From the IMG/VR virus record IMGVR_UViG_3300015200_000007, positions 1 to 37,294 of that record: a stretch of DNA of 37,294 bases; one strand, written 5' to 3'. The translations under genes and the position numbers were made by a program. This DNA is from a virus. Lineage: Duplodnaviria; Caudoviricetes. Below are positions 35,760 to 37,294 of the stretch, piece by piece (positions within the stretch are counted from its first letter, which is position 1; the number at the start of each line of letters is the position of its first letter). The notes beneath the pieces were generated by a model. That model was given only the letters and a program-made list of their open reading frames with translations, made no database searches and had not been told where the DNA came from.

Positions 35760-35861
35760 TCAGAGTTGACCAAGCAGCTTGATTACTGCGTAGCCTACAG
35801 ACACAAACAGAAATACGAGTAGGAATCCAGTGCTTGCTTCAGATTCAGATTTGTTAGACAT
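35760..35861 (-). CDS. 33-aa single-TM microprotein (not in the ORF track)
   Basis: MSNKSESEASTGFLLVFLFVSVGYAVIKLLGQL*, TAATG-coupled. Confidence 0.6.
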   Translation of the reverse strand: MSNKSESEASTGFLLVFLFVSVGYAVIKLLGQL

Positions 35862-35995
35862 TATGCTGGCTCGATTCGGAATTGGAGAATGCCGTTCTTT
35901 ACTGCAGTTTCCAGCGCGTCGTGGGCATTCTCATGGATACTGTGCGCTGCCCAACATCCAAATTGATCTGACCATACGAGAAGTAGTGTATTCAT
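35861..35995 (-). CDS. 44-aa microprotein B (not in the ORF track)
   Basis: MNTLLLVWSDQFGCWAAHSIHENAHDALETAVKNGILQFRIEPA*. ATGA overlap upstream and TAATG overlap downstream. Confidence 0.65.
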   Translation of the reverse strand: MNTLLLVWSDQFGCWAAHSIHENAHDALETAVKNGILQFRIEPA

Positions 35996-36471
35996 TTCTT
36001 ATCCGGGATGATGTGTCCACCGCCCATAAGTTTCAAGAGTGCAGATTCGGCTTTGTCACCGAGTAGTGCTTTGAGGTCATCTTCAAGGGATTTCTTCGCT
36101 ACGATTTTCTTCTGTGCCTTACGATGCATAGGATTGCCCAGATCTGGACCGGGCACGTAGTTAGCATCTGACATGCGGAGATCTTCACGCTGCTGTGCGT
36201 TCAGCTTGGCAAGTTTCTCGTTAAAGTCCTTGCTAGCAGCTTGAAGTTTGATCTTGGTCTTAGCGTGCTCTTTGTCGATAGTAAAGAAAGCTTCAGCCCA
36301 ATGTTCTATGCGGGCTTTTACTTCCTCGATTGACAGGTTCTTGACTTCCTCTACCTCTTGGTTGAAGAAATCAGTATGGTTCTTAGCGATGTATTCCATA
36401 AGGCGCTTCCTCAGGTCATTCTGAATTAGACCCGGAGAGAAAAGCGTTGGACTATCGGATTTGTCTGCCAT
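35992..36471 (-). CDS. Hypothetical early coiled-coil protein
   Basis: 159 aa, TAATG-coupled. Confidence 0.75.
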   Translation of the reverse strand: MADKSDSPTLFSPGLIQNDLRKRLMEYIAKNHTDFFNQEVEEVKNLSIEEVKARIEHWAEAFFTIDKEHAKTKIKLQAASKDFNEKLAKLNAQQREDLRMSDANYVPGPDLGNPMHRKAQKKIVAKKSLEDDLKALLGDKAESALLKLMGGGHIIPDKK

Positions 36472-36890
36472 TAGTGTTTCTTACCACCGAAATCAAAGTG
36501 TTCAAACAGCGAGTCTTTCTCCGCCGTTCTCTTGAGGTCATGAATTGCTTCCGGATCTTCCATCTCGACGCCGGATTCCATAGCAATGCGCCGAACTTCC
36601 ACAGCGCTGTTATGCATTACAGAAATCAACCGGGTTGCAAAGCCCATCCAGTCAAGTGAATGACGGTATGGCTCAATGGCGTTAGCGAATGTAGCCGCGA
36701 ATTCCAATACCTCGCGGGCAAACATTGCAACTTCGATAGGTCCGAGGTCATCAGCTGAGTCGGATTCAAGCACTGCGTTAATGTAGTGTTGAATTTCCTT
36801 TGCATATTGCCTATCGCGCTGCTCAAATTGGCAGGCGAGCTTACGGAATAGCTCGATACGTTCTGCTTCAGAAAGTTTACTGTTTGGCAC
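36471..36890 (-). CDS. Hypothetical early protein, first gene of the minus-strand arm
   Basis: 139 aa helical, GTG start with GGAG SD. Confidence 0.75.
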   Translation of the reverse strand: MPNSKLSEAERIELFRKLACQFEQRDRQYAKEIQHYINAVLESDSADDLGPIEVAMFAREVLEFAATFANAIEPYRHSLDWMGFATRLISVMHNSAVEVRRIAMESGVEMEDPEAIHDLKRTAEKDSLFEHFDFGGKKH

Positions 36891-37075
36891 TTTATTGCTC
36901 CGGTTTTCAGTGGGTGCTGCGAAACTGTTACCATTGCACCCGTATCGGGTTCGCTATTGTTCCCGGATTGCGGTCTTATCTGGCTCTTATTGGTTGGAGT
37001 CGGGTCGTCACCCTAAGTCGTTACAGGATAACAGTTTACGACCGTCCGCGAAGCGGACCTCCCTCCCCCGGACCC

Positions 37076-37105
37076 AAGATACCACACCCTCCCCTCCTGT
37101 GTCAA
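37076..37105 (-). promoter_or_regulatory. Sigma70-type early promoter
   Basis: Minus strand TTGACA (37105-37100), 18-nt spacer ending in TGG (extended -10), TATCTT (37081-37076). Points into the early arm. Confidence 0.75.
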
Positions 37106-37113
37106 GTCCTCCT

Positions 37114-37139
37114 GAGGTGTCCTCTTTAGGGGACATCTC
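37114..37139. repeat. Imperfect inverted repeat just upstream of the -35 box (operator or hairpin candidate)
   Basis: GAGGTGTCCTCT-TT-AGGGGACATCTC. Confidence 0.5.
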
Positions 37140-37168
37140 GTTAGAGTGGGATTCTATATAGTTGTTAG

Positions 37169-37294
<126 letters not shown>

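Overview
Most of a dsDNA tailed-phage genome, podovirus-like (P22/T7-type morphogenesis order, no tape-measure or sheath gene), host unknown. The contig starts inside the large terminase and ends in a poly-A/AT-rich tail that is probably an artefact. There are two convergent arms. The + strand (1-22708) is the virion arm: TerL, three accessory ORFs, a portal with a Zn-ribbon insert, scaffold, major capsid, adaptor/nozzle, tail fibres, a GNAT-like protein, ejection proteins, and a 1697-aa polyvalent protein carrying a GHKL ATPase and an HExxH peptidase motif. The - strand (36890-22701) is the early/replication arm behind a sigma70-type promoter: SNF2 helicase, KGG stress protein, SLOG protein, PD-(D/E)XK nuclease, AAA_24 ATPase, SSB-like protein, tRNA-Leu(TAA), Nmad1/DUF1599-like protein, two Acb2/Tad1-like sponge candidates, a hyper-acidic microprotein, a UDG-PolA fusion with an unusual O-helix, and a DUF3987-like ATPase. 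The most striking non-gene signal is the octamer TARCCGGG, with 29 hand-counted copies against about 2 expected. Several long intergenic RNA stems are also present. No integrase, endolysin, RNA polymerase or recognisable primase was seen. All family calls come from motif recognition by eye, not from database searches.
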